From contig JAHLWZ010000790.1 of the NCBI GenBank assembly GCA_020536535.1, forward strand, positions 310,001 to 374,000: a stretch of 64,000 bases of DNA. The letters are read 5' to 3'. Of the stretch, positions 60,670 through 64,000 are shown piece by piece. How positions within the stretch are numbered: position 1 is the stretch's first letter; every line of letters begins with the position of its first letter. Both the position numbers and the translations under genes were made by a program. This stretch comes from Pelomyxa schiedti. Its lineage: Eukaryota > Protista > Evosea. The notes beneath the pieces are model-generated. The model worked only from the letters and a program-made list of their open reading frames with translations, was not told the DNA's origin and did not search any database.

Positions 60670-63600
60670 TTAGCAGTACAAGAGCAGACTGGAAGTTGCT
60701 GGTTTGGGAGAACCAATTTCGATTATGCGCTCCATGTCACAGGGGATACTGAGTTTCCTTCCATCTGTTGTGGGATTGATTAACTGCTCTGTTTTGGTAT
60801 GTTTGGGTACTTACTTGTGGTTTGTTTTGAAATGGCAAGGCTCTCAGTGTAGAGTGGTATGGTTACAATGGTTGAGGCTCCAGGCTGTAGCATTGACACC
60901 CTATCAAACCCAAATAATTTACGGAATGGAACAGTTGTTCCATTTCCAGTGATGAAACCTAAGACACTAACATCACTGGCAACGGGCCCAGTGTTAGTCA
61001 CTTTGACTTGATAGTTTGTCACAACTGAGTGATCCCTTATGAGTATAACTAAATAAGTTGATTAACATGGATAAGCACAAACCTCTCAAGCTGCGCTTCT
61101 AGGTCTTCAGTGGAAAACTTCGAAACTGAGGATGATAATAGTTGGTAGTCAAATGTAGTATAACTCAGGCCAAAACCAAATTCGTACAAAGGCGTGCTCT
61201 ACAGGAAGAAATCCGTGATTGGTTTGAGGCACAAAGATAAAAGACCTGGTAATACAAGTAGGTTATTCCACCGTTATCTTTTATAGACTGATCCGTCATT
61301 TTCCTCCGATTGACGAAATCTGGTTTTCATTAGGTAAATGCTTTTTATAGCTTCCCAAACCTGCGTCATACACAGTATATGGAAGTCGGCCTGAAGGAGA
61401 AACATCTCCAAAGAGAACGGAGGCAATAGCGTCTCCACCAAGCTCTCCAGGGTAAAAAGCATCTACTATTGCTGGAACATTTTCCTGTAAAAAAAAAAAG
61501 GTCTGTGCTGAGCCCTAGAAAGGACAACTTACAATAAGCCACTCTACTGCTAGCTGTCCACCATGAATGAGCACCACAACAGTCGGTGTTCCAGTGCCAA
61601 AAACCGCTTGTATTAACTGGATTGTGTTAGTTGCATCCAATCCAGTGGTTTGTTACGGGGAGCTGTTGGCCCGGAAGAGAAATATCAAGTCTGTCATGGC
61701 CCTCATCTTCTCTTGCATCCCCTCCCCCTTGACCAGGGTGCAACCCAACAAACACAAGTGCTACCTGTGAGCTGTTACTCATTCATCCACTTTTATGGTC
61801 ATAACCTCAGCTGCAGATGCTACAGAAACGGCTTCGGCAAAGCCACTTGTATCATCTCCACTTAGCTGGCAGCCCATAGCAGTACCAACCACATTAGCAT
61901 TACCAATAAGACTCTTGATAGCTTTTTCTGGGGAGTGATCTTCCACGAGAGTATTCGTTCCCCTATAAATTGATAGCATGTCTTGGGTTGCATTGAAGTG
62001 CTTTGATAGGAAAATAAGTGCAGGAGGAAGAAAGGATTAACAGTACCGGTCCTATTAACGCCACTCGTGTGGTTTTGCTCAGTGGCAGAATGTTGTCATT
62101 CTTCAACAAGACAATGGACTGAGGTCATGTTAAAAAGTTTTGTTGTTGCCATTATTAGTATTATTATTGACTCTTGCCTGCTGTGAAGCTTCCAAAGCCA
62201 CTTGACGGTGCTCGGGTGAGTCAACTTGTTCTGGCCCATAAGTGCTCCATGGAACCTGGAACTATTAGTACATGTTGCAGTGATAACCGAGAAAAAAACC
62301 AGAGAGGGGGTATCCAATTCTCCCAGTGTAAACACTTGGGTCCAAACTCGTACAAAAGCTGCATCCAGTGCAGATTCTGGAACAGCACCATCTCTTACAG
62401 CCTTTGGTAAATGCTCACCAAAGAATTTGTCACAAGCAGCGTCACAACCAGATAGCACAGCAGCAGCGGCGGTTTCATCATAGTTGTGTGTGTAGTGATG
62501 CTTATGAAATAAGTAAAAAGACTTGTTGTATGTGAAGATGGACTACCGATGAGAATATTTCTGAGACAGCATTGCACTATAAAGGAATAAGTCAAATATT
62601 CCCAAATAAGAATCATACATCAGAAACAAAGAATCCCTCAAATCCCCACTCTCCTCGAGCCACTTCATTCATGAACTCATTGTTAGCACAGGAGGGTACA
62701 CCATTCACAGCGTTCTATTTTATGTGAAAACTTTCTAAGGTTAAGAAAAAACACACATAGGCACACATGATGGACCGTAAATTTGCGCGTTGTATAGCTG
62801 CCTGGAAAGGTGGGAAGTAATAGTTGTATTGATCATCCTCAGATACAAGTGCATTGTAAGAACTGTTGTATAGCCGTTGAAAATCAAAATAGAGGAAAGA
62901 ATGACGAACCTTCGATCGTAAATTAACCAGCTATCCAGATCTTTTGATTAAAGTTTAAACTTCCAAAAATATTGAATTTTGCAGGCCTGGGAATACTTAC
63001 CATAATCAGCATAATGTTTTGCTGTTGGTACAGACTTCAGGTATAATCCATTCACTGGATCTGGAGCAGTTGTATTTTGCATGGCTGTGATCCAATATGT
63101 TGCATACTCGCTTGTTAAGTAGGGCTTTTTAGAGGTCAGTACCATGGAGAAAAGGTGGTCTGACGCATTACATCTTCGCCTGGAACTTCTTGTCCCCTTC
63201 CCCATCGAGGATCGCTATACAAATTAAGTAAATAGAATAAGAAGACAAGTAAGACGTACCGGAAAAGGTTTATATCAGGGGCCCATAGAAGCAATCCAGC
63301 AATGTCTTGATTATACAAGGCACGAGCTTCAGTAGAAATCATTTCTCCAATCTGTATTTACTTGAGACAATGATTACACTTCTGAGAAATAAACTGTTGT
63401 CCACAAAGTGCGATTAAATGTTGCCCCCAGAGCTAGGGCATGAGGAAAACTAATGTTGAAGTTAGAAATTCCTGTATTGAAGAAAAATTTGGCTGCCTTG
63501 TAGGACATCCAGTGTTGCCATTGTAGGTAGCTCCACAGTCAGTACAAACACCATGTAGCGCCTCTGAATACCGAAGAAAAGGTACCCCCAGTCGAGGAAT

Positions 63601-64000
63601 GCCTGGAGCACCACCAGCCCTGCTCCACATATTCAGACACTTTTCTTCTAGTGTCAATCGACTAATTTCAAGTAAGGGAGATTTAAAAAGCTGTGAAAAG
63701 GAGTGTACGAAACAAGATCTTGAGCTCTAACGGTGGGATCAACAGATGGAGAACAATAGGGATAAGAGGAGAAAGGAGTGGTGAAACATGAAGCTGTCTC
63801 AGGAGTGGCATCAAGGCACAACCCAGTAGCATTGTGCACAATAAAAGAGGAGGCAGAGTCATAGTACCATTGCTGGAGGAAATCATCTCTACCAATTTTT
63901 AAGAGAAAAAAAAGGAAAGATAATAGAACTACACTCGGCATTCCATCATAATAAGACTTGCACCTTCTGCGTCACCTACTGTTGATAGGCAATAGTGTCT
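60670..64000 (-). CDS. GH3 beta-xylosidase/arabinofuranosidase (BXL-type) with an N-terminal ricin-B-like segment and C-terminal Fn3-like domain; 5' end lies outside the window
   Basis: [71 protein letters not shown] (nucleophile), [49 protein letters not shown] is ricin-like. Confidence 0.93.

Overview
Compact, very intron-rich eukaryotic genomic DNA. Most introns are about 39-55 nt. I find about 22 protein-coding genes and no rRNA, tRNA, CRISPR array or transposon. The receptor-kinase architecture suggests an amoebozoan, probably an anaerobic Archamoeba (Pelomyxa/Mastigamoeba/Entamoeba relatives); this is inference, not verified. In order, the genes are: an RBR E3 ligase (5'-partial); a mosaic surface protein (6 Cys repeats, beta-propeller, LNR, TM); an RRM-RRM-SURP-CID splicing factor; PP2C; RPL17; a 2-TM BK-beta-like protein; UFL1; a Cys-degenerate Mdm35/TRIAP1 homolog; a YdjM-like membrane hydrolase; a small Cys-rich ORF; a presequence-bearing [2Fe-2S] ferredoxin; a ~2000-aa almost wholly disordered RD/RS/Q-rich protein; a ~3000-aa receptor TKL kinase with 29 IPT/TIG repeats; a DUSP-UBL protein; an S10 carboxypeptidase; PAXBP1/GCFC2; a 2-RRM protein; ERCC8; a DUF4062-NACHT-TPR protein; a secreted six-hairpin-like protein; RPP21; and a GH3 xylosidase (5'-partial). 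The most notable signals are: the exon-cassette IPT receptor kinase; the bacterial/eukaryotic mosaic surface protein; the Mdm35 homolog that lost its disulfide pairs; sharp GC3/CpG islands just inside gene 5' ends; and 5' splice sites lacking both -1G and +5G. All gene models were spliced by hand, without RNA data or database searches.
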